Assembly: GCA_965204745.1 (NCBI GenBank)
Contig: OZ242010.1
Location: 3,328,001 to 3,392,000, forward strand
DNA length: 64,000 bases
Direction: 5' to 3'
From: Candidatus Latescibacterota bacterium
GTDB taxonomy: Bacteria; Latescibacterota; UBA2968
The translations under genes were made by a program, and so were the position numbers. The notes under the pieces are model-generated. The model was given only the letters and a program-made list of their open reading frames with translations, did not search any database and had not been told where the DNA came from. Shown piece by piece: positions 17,868 to 28,461 of the stretch; positions within the stretch are counted from its first letter, which is position 1; each line of letters begins with the position of its first letter.

Positions 17868-18935
17868 TTAAAATGTGAATCCACCCGTGAAGCGGAACGT
17901 GTTGCTAGCGGGCGTGTCTTCATTTTTCAAAAAATACGAAATGTCGAAATTTGCCCAGTTGTATTTTAGGCCCAGGCCAAAAGTGAGCAATTTGCGGTTG
18001 CCATCCTTGTCGTAAGAATAGCCGCTGCGCAGGGCAAACGCCGAATCTTCAGAAAGCCAGTACATCCATTCCGCGCCGGCGTGGTAATCTATATCGTCAA
18101 ATTCCGTGAACCCGTTGCCGCCGCCCTCTTTGGGCTTCCAGCCATAGGGATCGTCGTTCCAGCCCGAGATAAAGGAAAAAAATCCATCGTGCGCCAGGGG
18201 CTTGTACACGTCGGCGGTGAGAATCAGGTGATACGCGTCGGTTTTGAGCACTTGGTACGCGATGCCCAAAACGAAATTTTGCGGCAGGGGATCGGCTTGG
18301 TCCGCGTCGATAAAGGTCATGTTGGGGCCCACATTTCGCAGGACGCTGGCCAGGGTCAGGCGGCGCGTGGCGGCCCACATCAGGCCCAAGTCCCCGGCAA
18401 ACGTGGTCGCCGTGCCTTTGCCCTGCTCGATTCCCGCGCCCGTTTCGGAGAGGTGTTCGTGGACGAACTTCACCGTAATGCCCAGCGCGAGATTTTTGAA
18501 GAGATGCGTGCCGTAGGACACGCCTAGTGCCATGCCATAGCTCTTAAACGTGCCGAGATCATTGCCTTCCTCATCCGTGCGTTGTTGTTCGCCCAACGAA
18601 CTGTAAATGAGGCTGTATCCCAGATTGCCAATGCCACTAAACGGGTGGGTGTAAGCTCCGAATGACGAAAAGATGTCGCTGGCCAGTCCGGGAACGGGTT
18701 TGTACAAGGTGGTGCTCAGGTTGCGAATTTTTTGCGAGGCCAGCGCGGCCGGGTTGTAATACGTGGCATTGGCATCATCGGCAATGGCGATATAAGCATT
18801 GCCCATGCCCGATGCGCGGGCAGATGGGGCAAACAACAAAAAGTTGGCCGTGGCCTGAGATTCCGGCGTCGCGTGAACGTGCGTGCTGAAAAGGCCGATG
18901 CCAATGGCGAACAGGGCGATGAGACGGTAGGTCAT
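17868..18935 (-). CDS. porV: PorV/PorQ-family outer-membrane beta-barrel
   Basis: FLLFAPSARASGMGNAYIAIADDANATYYNPAAL, LRNVGP, DPLPQNF, C-terminal GFTF; RBS AAGGAG before ATG 18935. Confidence 0.82.
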   Translation of the reverse strand: MTYRLIALFAIGIGLFSTHVHATPESQATANFLLFAPSARASGMGNAYIAIADDANATYYNPAALASQKIRNLSTTLYKPVPGLASDIFSSFGAYTHPFSGIGNLGYSLIYSSLGEQQRTDEEGNDLGTFKSYGMALGVSYGTHLFKNLALGITVKFVHEHLSETGAGIEQGKGTATTFAGDLGLMWAATRRLTLASVLRNVGPNMTFIDADQADPLPQNFVLGIAYQVLKTDAYHLILTADVYKPLAHDGFFSFISGWNDDPYGWKPKEGGGNGFTEFDDIDYHAGAEWMYWLSEDSAFALRSGYSYDKDGNRKLLTFGLGLKYNWANFDISYFLKNEDTPASNTFRFTGGFTF

Positions 18936-19246
18936 GATTCTCTCCTTGAGAAAGTTGGCCGGGAACCCTGCAAGATATGAAAAAACCCGGAATGAGCGCG
19001 TGGGATGCGCCGCCAACCGGGTGGGGCATTCCAAACATCGCGCGCTAAAGCAGGCAATCTCGGCCAGTGGACAAGTGCCGACTGGGGGTGACAAATAATG
19101 ATGAACGACAAAAAACCAATGCTTTAGCGGTGATGCGATAGACAAATTCCCTGTTTGATGTCGAAAGCAAAAAATCGCTTGTTTGAGACTCGTGCGTTGC
19201 CTATTTTCTGACCGCACATTTTTAATAGGCGAGAAAGGAGAAAACC

Positions 19247-19507
19247 GTGATCGATCAAAATTTACTCGATGTTTTGGCCTGCCCCGAGAACAAAACGCCC
19301 GTAAAATTGGGCGATCAACCGCTGATTGATGCCATCAACCGCGCGATAAAACAAGGCGAGATCGAAAACCGAGGCGGGCAAAAAGTTGAACATCCGATAG
19401 ACGGGGGCTTGGTGCGCGAAGATGGCCTGTATTTGTATCCGATTCGAGATGCCATTCCCATTATGTTGATCGACGAAGCCATTTCGCTTAAAAATGTGCA
19501 GGTCTAA
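19247..19507 (+). CDS. Trm112 family protein
   Basis: LLDVLACPENK...LYPIRDAIPIMLIDEAI. Confidence 0.88.
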   Translation: MIDQNLLDVLACPENKTPVKLGDQPLIDAINRAIKQGEIENRGGQKVEHPIDGGLVREDGLYLYPIRDAIPIMLIDEAISLKNVQV

Positions 19508-19625
19508 ATTCTCTGCACTTGGGAAAGTTCAGCAAATCCCGCGCATGTGTCAAGCCTTTTTTGTTTGGTTTATACGTTTTCCCCAACGGCTAGTTCCGCT
19601 TTTTCTCAACAAAAAATCAATTGCG

Positions 19626-21131
19626 ATGTCGCGTACCATCGATCAGATGAGAGTCGGTTTGCAACAAAATGCGTGGATCATCCTCGCGCTGGGGATGTTC
19701 TCCGTCGGGTGCGGCGGAGCGTCCGATGAGACGGGAACCCCGCCTGTCACCGCCCTCGACAGCGGTCAAATAACCTGGCGAAACTGGCAACAAAGAGATT
19801 CTGCCCGCGTGCTCGGTCGCCCGATGCTGTTGTTTTTCTACACGCAACGGTCGGTTTGGTGCCGAGACATGGCGGCGCGATGTTTTGAAAATGAAGCGAT
19901 CACCCGCGCGATAGCGCGCCACGCCTTGCCGATATGGATCGACGCGGATCAACGCCCGGATTTGTTTGAGCGTTTTGGCATGGGCGGCGTTCCCTCGGTC
20001 TCTTTTTTAACGCCTGACGGGCAGCGGATCACGGGTAGCACCTATCTCGATCCCGACGATTTGACAGAACTCTTGCGGCGGGTGCAAATTTTGTACGAAA
20101 ACCCCGATAGGCTGACCGCGCTCGAAGCGCAACGGACAGAGTTGAACCGGCGCGCAGCACTTCATCAAAAGAAGCATCCGAGACCCCGCATCGCGCACGG
20201 CACGGCACTGTTGCACCGCGTGCGCGACAGTTTGAACGCCGTGGTCAAACGCGGGGTTGACCCCGGCCCCGAGGGCCTGCTCGCGCTTGCAGAAGCGGGG
20301 GTCGATTCGCCGTTGATCCAGTTTGCCCACAGCGCCCGGCGCGCCGCCGATGGCACTTACGTGCAGGGCGTGTTGACACCTCGCGGGCCCGTGATCGATG
20401 CGGAAAAACACATGGCGGTCAATGCCCAACTGCTGATGGCGTATGCACGGGTCAATTTGTCGCGCAATCTGGCCGATGCCATGCTGCGACAATTCGCGGT
20501 ATCGGGCGATGTTTTGTTGGGCGCGGGGCTTGCGGGTTTCCGCGATCCATCCGGGCGGGCATTGCGAGATACCGCGGTTTATTCGGGGTGGAACGCGCTG
20601 GCTGTTTCGGGGTTGTGCGCTACGTTTCGAGACACCGACGAGAAGCGGTATTTGGATGCGGCGCGGCGAATTTTTGACGCGATTAAAACGCGATTTATCC
20701 GGCGCGATGGCTCGTTCGCCCACGCGCAATCGCCGAACGCGCCCGGTTTTTTGCAAGATCAGGTTTTCATCATCCGCGCTGCGCTCGACTTGTTTGACGC
20801 CGAAGCCCGACCGGCCGATTTGTCATTTGCGCGCATGCACGCAGATCGGGTCATGGCCGCGTTTGCCGATTCTTCGGGCGCTCTAAAAGACCGCACGCCC
20901 GATGCCGATATCGCTGTCGCGCCCGCAGTGGATCGGTGGCTGCCCTCGGCAAATGGGGTGGCCGCGCAGGTTTTGATGCGGCTTTTCGTGCAGACAAACA
21001 TGTCGCGCTATCGAAATGGGGCAGAGGCGATTTTGACGGCTCTCGTTGGCCCCAACATAGATCGCATCGGATACGCCGGCGCCTTGCACCGCGCCTTGGC
21101 CTTATTCGTGCGGGAAAGCGAAAACAGATGA
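19626..21131 (+). CDS. YyaL/DUF255 thioredoxin-domain protein, probable lipoprotein
   Basis: Lipobox-like SVGC; WCRDM..CFEN, DADQRPD, GGVPS.FLTPDG, SGWNAL, LPSANGVAA. Start uncertain. Confidence 0.75.
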   Translation: MSRTIDQMRVGLQQNAWIILALGMFSVGCGGASDETGTPPVTALDSGQITWRNWQQRDSARVLGRPMLLFFYTQRSVWCRDMAARCFENEAITRAIARHALPIWIDADQRPDLFERFGMGGVPSVSFLTPDGQRITGSTYLDPDDLTELLRRVQILYENPDRLTALEAQRTELNRRAALHQKKHPRPRIAHGTALLHRVRDSLNAVVKRGVDPGPEGLLALAEAGVDSPLIQFAHSARRAADGTYVQGVLTPRGPVIDAEKHMAVNAQLLMAYARVNLSRNLADAMLRQFAVSGDVLLGAGLAGFRDPSGRALRDTAVYSGWNALAVSGLCATFRDTDEKRYLDAARRIFDAIKTRFIRRDGSFAHAQSPNAPGFLQDQVFIIRAALDLFDAEARPADLSFARMHADRVMAAFADSSGALKDRTPDADIAVAPAVDRWLPSANGVAAQVLMRLFVQTNMSRYRNGAEAILTALVGPNIDRIGYAGALHRALALFVRESENR

Positions 21132-22015
21132 CCGACAACCGCTTGCTCATCGTGGGCGCGTCCGGCTTTTTGGGACACGCGCTTTGCGATACGCCCAGCA
21201 CTTGGGAGCGCGTGCCCGCATCTCGCAGGGGTCAGAAGGGGCACCGCTTCGTGGATGTGACGCAACCCGAATCCGTGCGCGATGCGGTATCGCAAGTGCG
21301 CCCTCGATGGGTGATCAATGCCACGGCCCTGACGAGCGTCGATGACTGCGAGCGAAATCCCGACCTCGCGCGTGCCGTACACATCGACGGCACGCGCAAC
21401 CTCATTCGGGCGTGCGAACAAGTCGGCTGCGGGTTGGTGAACGTATCGACCAATTATGTGTTTGACGGAAAAAAGGGGCCTTATGCCGAAGGCGATGAAG
21501 CGCGGCCGATCAATGTGTATGGACGGACCAAGTTGGAAAGCGAACGCCTCGTGTTGCACGCACGTTGCCCCGGCATCGTGGTACGCACGGCGGTTTTGTA
21601 CGGCTTTCGCCCGGGGTGTCGGCCCAATTTTGTGACGTGGGCTATGGCCTCGCTGGCATCGCGTCTGCCCATTCGCGTGGTGACCGACGAATGGGCAAAT
21701 CCGACCTTTGTCGATGAACTCGCGGCGTTTATCTCGTCGCTGTGTCACACCGAATTTCGCGGCGTGGTGCATTTTGGCGGGGCGGATTTTTTGACGCGCT
21801 TTGAAATGGTCGAGCGGATCTGCGCCGTGATGGACTTCGATCTCGGCCTCGCAGCTGCCACCCCATCTGCCGAATTTGGACAACCCGCGCAACGCCCACT
21901 CCGCGCAGGGCTTTGCACGACCCGCGCCCAAACCCTGTGCGATGTCGCGCCCGCTCCTTTTGACCACAATTTGAGACGACTAAAGCGCGTCCTTCCCCAA
22001 AGAGACTATGTCTGA
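21128..22015 (+). CDS. rfbD: dTDP-4-dehydrorhamnose reductase-like SDR
   Basis: GASGFLG, STNYVFDG, PINVYGRTKLESE, NPTFVDELA. Confidence 0.85.
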   Translation: MTDNRLLIVGASGFLGHALCDTPSTWERVPASRRGQKGHRFVDVTQPESVRDAVSQVRPRWVINATALTSVDDCERNPDLARAVHIDGTRNLIRACEQVGCGLVNVSTNYVFDGKKGPYAEGDEARPINVYGRTKLESERLVLHARCPGIVVRTAVLYGFRPGCRPNFVTWAMASLASRLPIRVVTDEWANPTFVDELAAFISSLCHTEFRGVVHFGGADFLTRFEMVERICAVMDFDLGLAAATPSAEFGQPAQRPLRAGLCTTRAQTLCDVAPAPFDHNLRRLKRVLPQRDYV

Positions 22016-22730
22016 TCAAAAACTCCGCATTTCTCTGATTACCCCCACGTACAACGAGCGCGAAAATATCGCGTTGTTGGCCGAAGAAATTTTTGGCGTT
22101 TTGAAAGACCATCCCGCCATCGATCTCGAATTGATCGTGGTCGATGACAATTCGCCCGATGGCACGGGTGAGGTGGCCGAATCGCTCACAAATCGCTATC
22201 CCGTGCAGGTGGTTCATCGCGCCGGAAAACTGGGCTTGGGCAGCGCGGTGATGGCCGGATTTGCGCGGTCCAACCGCGATCTGTTGGGCGTGATGGACGC
22301 GGATTTGAGCCACGATCCCATCGTGTTACCCCAACTCATTTACGGGTTGCGGGATTGCGATCTGTCCATTGGCAGCCGGTTCGATGCGGACAGTCACGTT
22401 GAAAAATGGGCGTGGTACCGCAAAGCGATTTCGCAAGTCGGGGTGTTTTTCGCACGGCGATTGACCGGCGTGCAAGACCCGCTGGCGGGCTACTTCTTTT
22501 TGCACCGGCGCGTCATTCAAGACATGGCCCTGACTTCGCCGGGGTACAAAATTTTGCTGGAAATTCTGGTCAAGGGGCACTACGCCTCCCTGTTGGAAGT
22601 GCCCTTTGTCTTTCGCCACCGGCAATACAGCAGCAGCAAATTGAACGGGATGGAGTACTATTTGTTTGCCAAACAATTGTTGACCTTCTACTTTTTGCGG
22701 CGAAAAAAGCCCAAAATTCACACCGACTAG
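22008..22730 (+). CDS. Polyprenol-monophosphomannose synthase-like GT2
   Basis: PTYNERENI, VDDNSPDGT, GLGSAV, MDADLSHDP, GYKILLE. Confidence 0.88.
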   Translation: MSDQKLRISLITPTYNERENIALLAEEIFGVLKDHPAIDLELIVVDDNSPDGTGEVAESLTNRYPVQVVHRAGKLGLGSAVMAGFARSNRDLLGVMDADLSHDPIVLPQLIYGLRDCDLSIGSRFDADSHVEKWAWYRKAISQVGVFFARRLTGVQDPLAGYFFLHRRVIQDMALTSPGYKILLEILVKGHYASLLEVPFVFRHRQYSSSKLNGMEYYLFAKQLLTFYFLRRKKPKIHTD

Positions 22731-22812
22731 GTTCGGGTATTTTTGCTTGACAGTGGGGCAACTGGCCTATATGTTGCTTCAGACACTCGGGACCATAAAT
22801 TTTGGAGGCATT

Positions 22813-23484
22813 ATGTCAGACCAGCGCGAACTCAAAACCCAAATTACCCTGCCGCTTTCCAAAGCGATAGAGATCAGTTTTAATAGCGTTAAAATCCGCT
22901 TTGGGCGGTCCTTGATCACCGTGAGTGGCATCGTGCTCGCCATTGCATTTTTGATGTCGATTTGGGCGGGCAATGCCATTGTCGAGGGGTTGATTTCTGC
23001 GGGCGATCCCAAGATCAATTTGGTGTTGCAACAAAAAGGGGTTGAAATCGATCCGGACAGCACTGCTGCCAGACAAAAACAATCAAAGGATACGTGGCTG
23101 GTGGTGTTGTCCCTGCTCGTGTGTCTGGTGGGGATTGCCAATGCCATGCTGATGTCCGTCACCGAGCGCTTCCGCGAGATCGGCACGATGAAGTGCATGG
23201 GCGCGCTGGATGGGTTTATCATCAAGTTGTTCATTCTCGAATCCACATTTATGGGCATTGCGGGCACAATTATCGGCGTGGTCGTGGGATTCGTGCTGAC
23301 TGCGTTGCTCAATATGTCGAGTTTTGGCACGGTCATTTTTGACCATCTGCCCATGTACCAAGTTTTCTTATACGGCATTTTGGCCGTCGGGATCGGTTCC
23401 ATCTTGTCCCTGATAGGCGGCATCTTACCCGCGTACCGCGCCGCCAAGATGGAGCCTGTCGACGCGATGTCTTTGGAAGTGTGA
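22813..23484 (+). CDS. ABC transporter permease (FtsX/MacB-type)
   Basis: GIANAMLMSVTERFREIGTMKCMGA, PAYRAAKMEPVDAM. Confidence 0.88.
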   Translation: MSDQRELKTQITLPLSKAIEISFNSVKIRFGRSLITVSGIVLAIAFLMSIWAGNAIVEGLISAGDPKINLVLQQKGVEIDPDSTAARQKQSKDTWLVVLSLLVCLVGIANAMLMSVTERFREIGTMKCMGALDGFIIKLFILESTFMGIAGTIIGVVVGFVLTALLNMSSFGTVIFDHLPMYQVFLYGILAVGIGSILSLIGGILPAYRAAKMEPVDAMSLEV

Positions 23485-23493
23485 GTTAAGTAG

Positions 23494-23617
23494 TCAGCGG
23501 TCAGTAGCCAGTCGTCAGTTACCCCGCCCCAAGGCGATGCCTGTACTGATTGCTGACCGCGAACGACCAACTGCTTGGGGCCAGTGGGTGGACTGATAAC
23601 CGACAACCGACAACTGA
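23494..23617. repeat. Inverted TCAG/CTGA heptamer tracts
   Basis: TCAGCGGTCAGTAGCCAGTCGTCAGT ... ACTGATTGCTGACCGC ... ACTGATAACCGACAACCGACAACTGA. Confidence 0.6.
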
Positions 23618-23631
23618 ACTCGAGGTGTTTT

Positions 23632-24408
23632 ATGGCTATTGAAGAAACGACAGAAACCACTGCTACCGCAGAGGCCGAAGAGGCAACCGTCGTGCGGACG
23701 CAGGACGTGAAAAAGGTCTATGTGATGGGCGAAGAGGAGATTCACGCGCTCAAAGGCGTGGACCTGGAAGTCTCGCAGGGCGAGTACCTGTCCATCATGG
23801 GGCCTTCGGGATCTGGCAAGAGTACCTTGTTCAACATGGTGGGCGGGTTGGACAAGCCGACCGAGGGCAAGGTCTATATCGACGATGTGGATGTGGCCCA
23901 ACTCGACGCGTATGAACTCGCGTGGTTGCGCTGCCGCAAGATCGGCTACATTTTCCAATCCTACAATTTGATTCCGGTGATGACCGCGCTCGAAAATGTC
24001 ACCTTGCCGATGGTCTTTGCCGGGCTGACGAGCGATGAAGCGCGCGAGAAGGGCGTGGATTTGCTGACGCAAGTGGGCCTGGGCGAGCGCGTGATGCACA
24101 AGCCCTTTGAGCTGTCGGGTGGACAACAACAGCGCGTGGCGGTCGCGCGGGCCTTTGCCAATGATCCCGCGATCATTTTGGCCGATGAGCCGACCGGGAA
24201 TCTCGATTTGAATACCGGGCGCGAGATTATCGAATTGCTGCGCCGGATGAACGAAGAGTCGGGCGTGACCGTGATTTCCGCCACGCACGATCACAAAATG
24301 CTATCCGTATCCGACCGCGTGGTGTGGGTGCGCGATGGCCGCGTGGATCGCGTGATCGACCGCGATGAGTTGAAAATCGAGGTGGGCACGATCGACGGGC
24401 ATGAGTAA
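23632..24408 (+). CDS. ABC transporter ATP-binding protein (LolD-like)
   Basis: GPSGSGKST, LSGGQQQRVA, ILADEPTGNLD, ATHD. Confidence 0.93.
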   Translation: MAIEETTETTATAEAEEATVVRTQDVKKVYVMGEEEIHALKGVDLEVSQGEYLSIMGPSGSGKSTLFNMVGGLDKPTEGKVYIDDVDVAQLDAYELAWLRCRKIGYIFQSYNLIPVMTALENVTLPMVFAGLTSDEAREKGVDLLTQVGLGERVMHKPFELSGGQQQRVAVARAFANDPAIILADEPTGNLDLNTGREIIELLRRMNEESGVTVISATHDHKMLSVSDRVVWVRDGRVDRVIDRDELKIEVGTIDGHE

Positions 24409-24470
24409 AATCCCCCTTGACAATTCGTTTTGAAATTGGTTATCTTTGGCGCACCTGAAAGGAATTTGAC

Positions 24471-24566
24471 ATGAACGCTTTTGCAACCCACTTTTGGTCT
24501 CGTCAATTCGACTGGCGATATTATTATCGCCGCCCGTCCAAAGGTGTGGTTTGCCCTGCGTGTTGA
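24471..24566 (+). CDS. Putative trp operon leader peptide (31 aa)
   Basis: MNAFATHFWSRQFDWRYYYRRPSKGVVCPAC; RBS GAAAGGAA; promoter TTGACA-N18-TATCTT at 24417-24446. Confidence 0.75.
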   Translation: MNAFATHFWSRQFDWRYYYRRPSKGVVCPAC

Positions 24567-24590
24567 GTGTTTTGTACGTGAATACACAAT

Positions 24591-24623
24591 GAGGTCGTGG
24601 GCAACTAGCTCACGGCCTTTTTT
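24591..24623 (+). terminator. Attenuator terminator before trpE
   Basis: AGGTCGTGGGC-aacta-GCTCACGGCCT plus T-run; upstream TTGCCC (24551) can pair with GGGCAA as an antiterminator. Confidence 0.78.
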
Positions 24624-24640
24624 GGTTTTAGGATTTTCAG

Positions 24641-26116
24641 ATGATTCAACCCGATTTCAAAACCGTGAAACAATTGGCCCGAGGCTGTGGGCTCGTTCCC
24701 ATCGCCAAGGAGCTCCTCGCGGATACCGAGACGCCGGTTTCGGCCTATTTGAAAATTCGCGCCCAGTCGTCTTATGCGTTCTTGTTTGAAAGCGTGGTGG
24801 GCGGCGAGCAAATTGGGCGATACTCGTTTTTGGGCGTGGATCCGTTTTTGATTTTCCGGTCGCGCGGCGCGAAAATTGCGATAGAAGACGCGGGTACTGG
24901 GCAGGTGCGGGAATTTGAGGGAGACCCGATTGCGGAATTGCGCGGGCTGTTGGCGAGCTACCGGTCGCAACGCGTCGAAGGCTTTCCCCGATTCACGGGC
25001 GGCGCAGTGGGCTATGTGAGCTACGACGCCGTGCGGTTGATCGAGCGCATTCCCAATACGGTTGAAGACGATCTGCACATGGACGATGTGTTGCTGATGT
25101 TTTTCGATTCCGTGCTGGCATTTGACAATGTGACGCACAAAGTACACGTGATGGTCAATGTGCATACCGCGGGCGATTTGGCGGCGAATTACGCGGAGGC
25201 GGTCGAGCGGATAGACGCGCTCATCGAGACCCTGGCGCGGCCGGTCGCCGCGGCCATGAAACCGGGGACGAGTTCGTGCGCGGTGACGTCCAATACGAGC
25301 AAAGAGGCGTATATGGACATCGTGGCGCGATGCAGGGAGTACATCGTCGCGGGCGATATTTTTCAAGTTGTGCCCTCGCAGCGATTCGCGATGGATGTGA
25401 GCGTGGATGCCTTGGCGATTTATCGGGCATTGCGAACCGTGAACCCGTCGCCGTATATGTTTCACGTCGATTTGAAAGATCACCAACTCGTGGGCGCGTC
25501 GCCCGAGTTGCTCGTCCGAGTCGAAGACGGCGTGGTGCAGGTGCGACCGATTGCGGGCACGCGCTGGCGCGGCAAAACAGCGGCCGAAGATCGGGCACTG
25601 GCGAGGGAGTTGTTGACCGACGAAAAAGAGCGCGCCGAGCACATTATGCTGCTGGATTTGGGCCGCAACGACATCGGGCGCGTGTCCCGCTTCAACAGCG
25701 TGCGCGTGACCGAACAGATGGCGATAGAACGCTATTCGCACGTCATGCACATCGTTTCAAACGTGCGCGGCGAGTTGCTCGATGAGGTGGATGCCTTAGA
25801 CGCGCTTTTTGCCTGCTATCCGGCCGGCACCGTGTCCGGCGCGCCCAAAATTCGGGCGATGGAGATCATCGACGAGATGGAGACCACGCGCCGAGGGCCG
25901 TATGCTGGCGCCGTGGGCTATATCGACTTTGCGGGCAACCTGGATACGTGCATCGCCATTCGCACCATGCTGATCAAAGACGGCAAGGCGTACGTGCAAG
26001 CAGGCGGCGGCGTGGTGTTCGATTCGGATCCGGAATACGAATACCATGAGACCGTGAACAAGGCACGCGCCCTGTTTCGGGCCGTGGAAATGGCAGAGAG
26101 AGGAGCATGGGTGTGA
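24641..26116 (+). CDS. trpE: Anthranilate synthase component I
   Basis: [50 protein letters not shown]. Confidence 0.96.
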   Translation: MIQPDFKTVKQLARGCGLVPIAKELLADTETPVSAYLKIRAQSSYAFLFESVVGGEQIGRYSFLGVDPFLIFRSRGAKIAIEDAGTGQVREFEGDPIAELRGLLASYRSQRVEGFPRFTGGAVGYVSYDAVRLIERIPNTVEDDLHMDDVLLMFFDSVLAFDNVTHKVHVMVNVHTAGDLAANYAEAVERIDALIETLARPVAAAMKPGTSSCAVTSNTSKEAYMDIVARCREYIVAGDIFQVVPSQRFAMDVSVDALAIYRALRTVNPSPYMFHVDLKDHQLVGASPELLVRVEDGVVQVRPIAGTRWRGKTAAEDRALARELLTDEKERAEHIMLLDLGRNDIGRVSRFNSVRVTEQMAIERYSHVMHIVSNVRGELLDEVDALDALFACYPAGTVSGAPKIRAMEIIDEMETTRRGPYAGAVGYIDFAGNLDTCIAIRTMLIKDGKAYVQAGGGVVFDSDPEYEYHETVNKARALFRAVEMAERGAWV

Positions 26117-26676
26117 TTCTCGTCATCGACAATTACGATTCCTTCACGTACAACCTCGTGCAGTATCTCGGGGAATTGGGGGCAAATCTCATCGTGCATC
26201 GCAACGATGCCATCTCGCTTGAAGAGATCGCGGAAATCGCACCGGATAAGATCGTCATTTCCCCCGGCCCGTGTACGCCCAATGAAGCGGGCATTTCCAT
26301 CGCGCTGGTGCAGCACTTTGCCGGGCAAATCCCGATCTTGGGGGTTTGCCTGGGGCATCAGGCCATCGGGCAGGCGTTTGGCGGCGCAGTTGTCGGCGCG
26401 CCGATCATTATGCACGGGAAGGTGTCGGAAATCCACCACGCGGCGCAGTCTGTTTTTTGCGGCCTGCCCAATCCCTTTATCGCCACGCGGTATCACTCCT
26501 TGGTGGTCGCACGCGAAAGCCTGCCCGATTGCCTCGCCATTACGGCCGAGACCGACGATGGCACGATCATGGGCTTGCGCCACAAAGACCATGCCGTGGA
26601 TGGCGTGCAATTTCATCCAGAATCCATTTTGACGGGCGAGGGGAAAAGCCTGTTGCAAAACTTCCTCGATGCCTGA
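26107..26676 (+). CDS. trpG: Anthranilate synthase component II
   Basis: [37 protein letters not shown]. Confidence 0.95.
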   Translation: MGVILVIDNYDSFTYNLVQYLGELGANLIVHRNDAISLEEIAEIAPDKIVISPGPCTPNEAGISIALVQHFAGQIPILGVCLGHQAIGQAFGGAVVGAPIIMHGKVSEIHHAAQSVFCGLPNPFIATRYHSLVVARESLPDCLAITAETDDGTIMGLRHKDHAVDGVQFHPESILTGEGKSLLQNFLDA

Positions 26677-26691
26677 GCGGAGAACGAGACC

Positions 26692-27813
26692 ATGATCAAC
26701 GCTTTCTTCGTCAGAAATTTCAGACTGTTCAACCGCCTCGACCTTCCCCGCTTGAGACGAGTCAATCTCATCGCCGGGAAAAACGGCTCCGGCAAGAGCG
26801 CGTTGTTAGAGGCGATCCGCCTCTACGCGAGCCATGCGGCCCCTTGGGTGTTGGCCGATCTCGTCTTGACAAGAAAAGAACACGGTTTTGACGAACCCGC
26901 TTCGGGGCAAGTGCTCAGGCATTTGTTCTGTGGGCATCAACTTCCCGAACTCAATGCCGAGGGGATTCGCATTGGCGAGTCAGCAGAGGAATATTGCCAT
27001 CTCACCACAGAGGCTTATGTGCAGTTGGAAGGCGGTTATGTCCAACGAGTGCCGTCCCCGCAACCGGTCATGGCAAAGGATGAACCGCTTATGGGATCCC
27101 CCCTCACGACAAAGGACATCAAAAAATTATCCGACGATATTTCTTTTCGAGACCGGTATCTCGTTTTAGAATACAAAGGGCAAACGCACCCGCTGGTCAA
27201 CCTAGACAAGCGTTTGAAGGATCAGCCGAGGTCCGCGCACGATCACAGCCGCTATGCCGTGCAAGTGGTGCGACCCCGATCCGCAGACCCAAATGAATTG
27301 GCTTCTCTGTGGGACAAGACCGTGCTGACGAGTTTGGAAGCCGAGGTGATCGCCGGCCTACAACTGATCGAGCGCGACATAAACCGGCTTTCGTTTGTCG
27401 ATGCAGAAGATTTTCGCGTTCGGATTCCGATGGTTCAACACCGCGATTCCCCAGAGCCATTGTCGCTCCAAAGTTTCGGCGAGGGCATTTTGCGTTTGTT
27501 TGACATTCTCCTTTCTTTGGTCAATGCGAAAAATGGCATTTTGTTGATCGATGAATTGGAAAACGGGTTGCACTACAAAATCCATCCCCAAGTCTGGGAC
27601 CTCATCTTTCGGCTGTCGCAAAAATTAAATGTTCAAATTTTTGCAACCACGCACAGTTGGGACTGCATCCGGGGCTTTAAGGCCGCCTGGCGCGAAGACT
27701 TAGATGCGGGTACATTTTTCCGCTTGGATGTGAAAGTGGATAAAGTCAAACCGACCTATTACGACCGCGAAGTGTTGAATGATGCGTTGCGGTTGGATAT
27801 TGAGGTTCGCTAA
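26692..27813 (+). CDS. ABC/AAA_21-type ATPase
   Basis: GKNGSGKS, SFGEG, LLIDELENGLH, ATTHS. Confidence 0.88.
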   Translation: MINAFFVRNFRLFNRLDLPRLRRVNLIAGKNGSGKSALLEAIRLYASHAAPWVLADLVLTRKEHGFDEPASGQVLRHLFCGHQLPELNAEGIRIGESAEEYCHLTTEAYVQLEGGYVQRVPSPQPVMAKDEPLMGSPLTTKDIKKLSDDISFRDRYLVLEYKGQTHPLVNLDKRLKDQPRSAHDHSRYAVQVVRPRSADPNELASLWDKTVLTSLEAEVIAGLQLIERDINRLSFVDAEDFRVRIPMVQHRDSPEPLSLQSFGEGILRLFDILLSLVNAKNGILLIDELENGLHYKIHPQVWDLIFRLSQKLNVQIFATTHSWDCIRGFKAAWREDLDAGTFFRLDVKVDKVKPTYYDREVLNDALRLDIEVR

Positions 27814-28451
27814 TGCCTGTCCAGAATCGAGAACGCCTGTTTGATGAGCCACGGTTATTGCTCGTGGAAGGGAAAGATGATTTCCATGTGATCTCGGCAC
27901 TTTGTGAAGTGAATGAATTGCCTGAAAATTTCTCGATCTTTGATTGTGGTTCAGATGAGGAAGTGTTCAATGCGTTACGCGCGTTGTTGTCACGAGCCGA
28001 TCCCCCTGAAACCGTCGGCGTTGTGTTAGACGCAGATGAAAAGGTCGAAAGCCGCTGGCAGAGCATTCGGGATAAATTGCAACATTATCCCTACCGCTTA
28101 CCGGATGTGCCGGATCCCGGAGGGACAATTGTCGAAGCGGTCGAAGATCTGCCGCGCCTCGGTTTTTGGCTGATGCCGAATAACGTCGATCCGGGGATGT
28201 TGGAGGATTTTTGTCGGCAACTTGCCCCTGATGATGCGATTGCGTTTGCAGAGGATTGCGTGACGCAGGCGCGAAAAAAATCATTTGCCACGTTTCGGGA
28301 CGCGCATCGATCCAAAGCCGTGGTGCATACGTATTTGGCATGGCAAGACGAACCCGGCAAGCCCTTGGGACAATCCATTACCGCACGAGTTTTGCAACCC
28401 AAGACGACAATCGCCGCGACATTTGCCGATTGGTTGCGCGCATTGTACTGA
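27813..28451 (+). CDS. DUF3226-like TOPRIM-fold protein
   Basis: LLLVEGKDD, GVVLDAD, WLMPNN..PGMLEDF, KAVVHTYLAWQDEPG. Confidence 0.8.
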   Translation: MPVQNRERLFDEPRLLLVEGKDDFHVISALCEVNELPENFSIFDCGSDEEVFNALRALLSRADPPETVGVVLDADEKVESRWQSIRDKLQHYPYRLPDVPDPGGTIVEAVEDLPRLGFWLMPNNVDPGMLEDFCRQLAPDDAIAFAEDCVTQARKKSFATFRDAHRSKAVVHTYLAWQDEPGKPLGQSITARVLQPKTTIAATFADWLRALY

Positions 28452-28461
28452 GGAGACGAGC

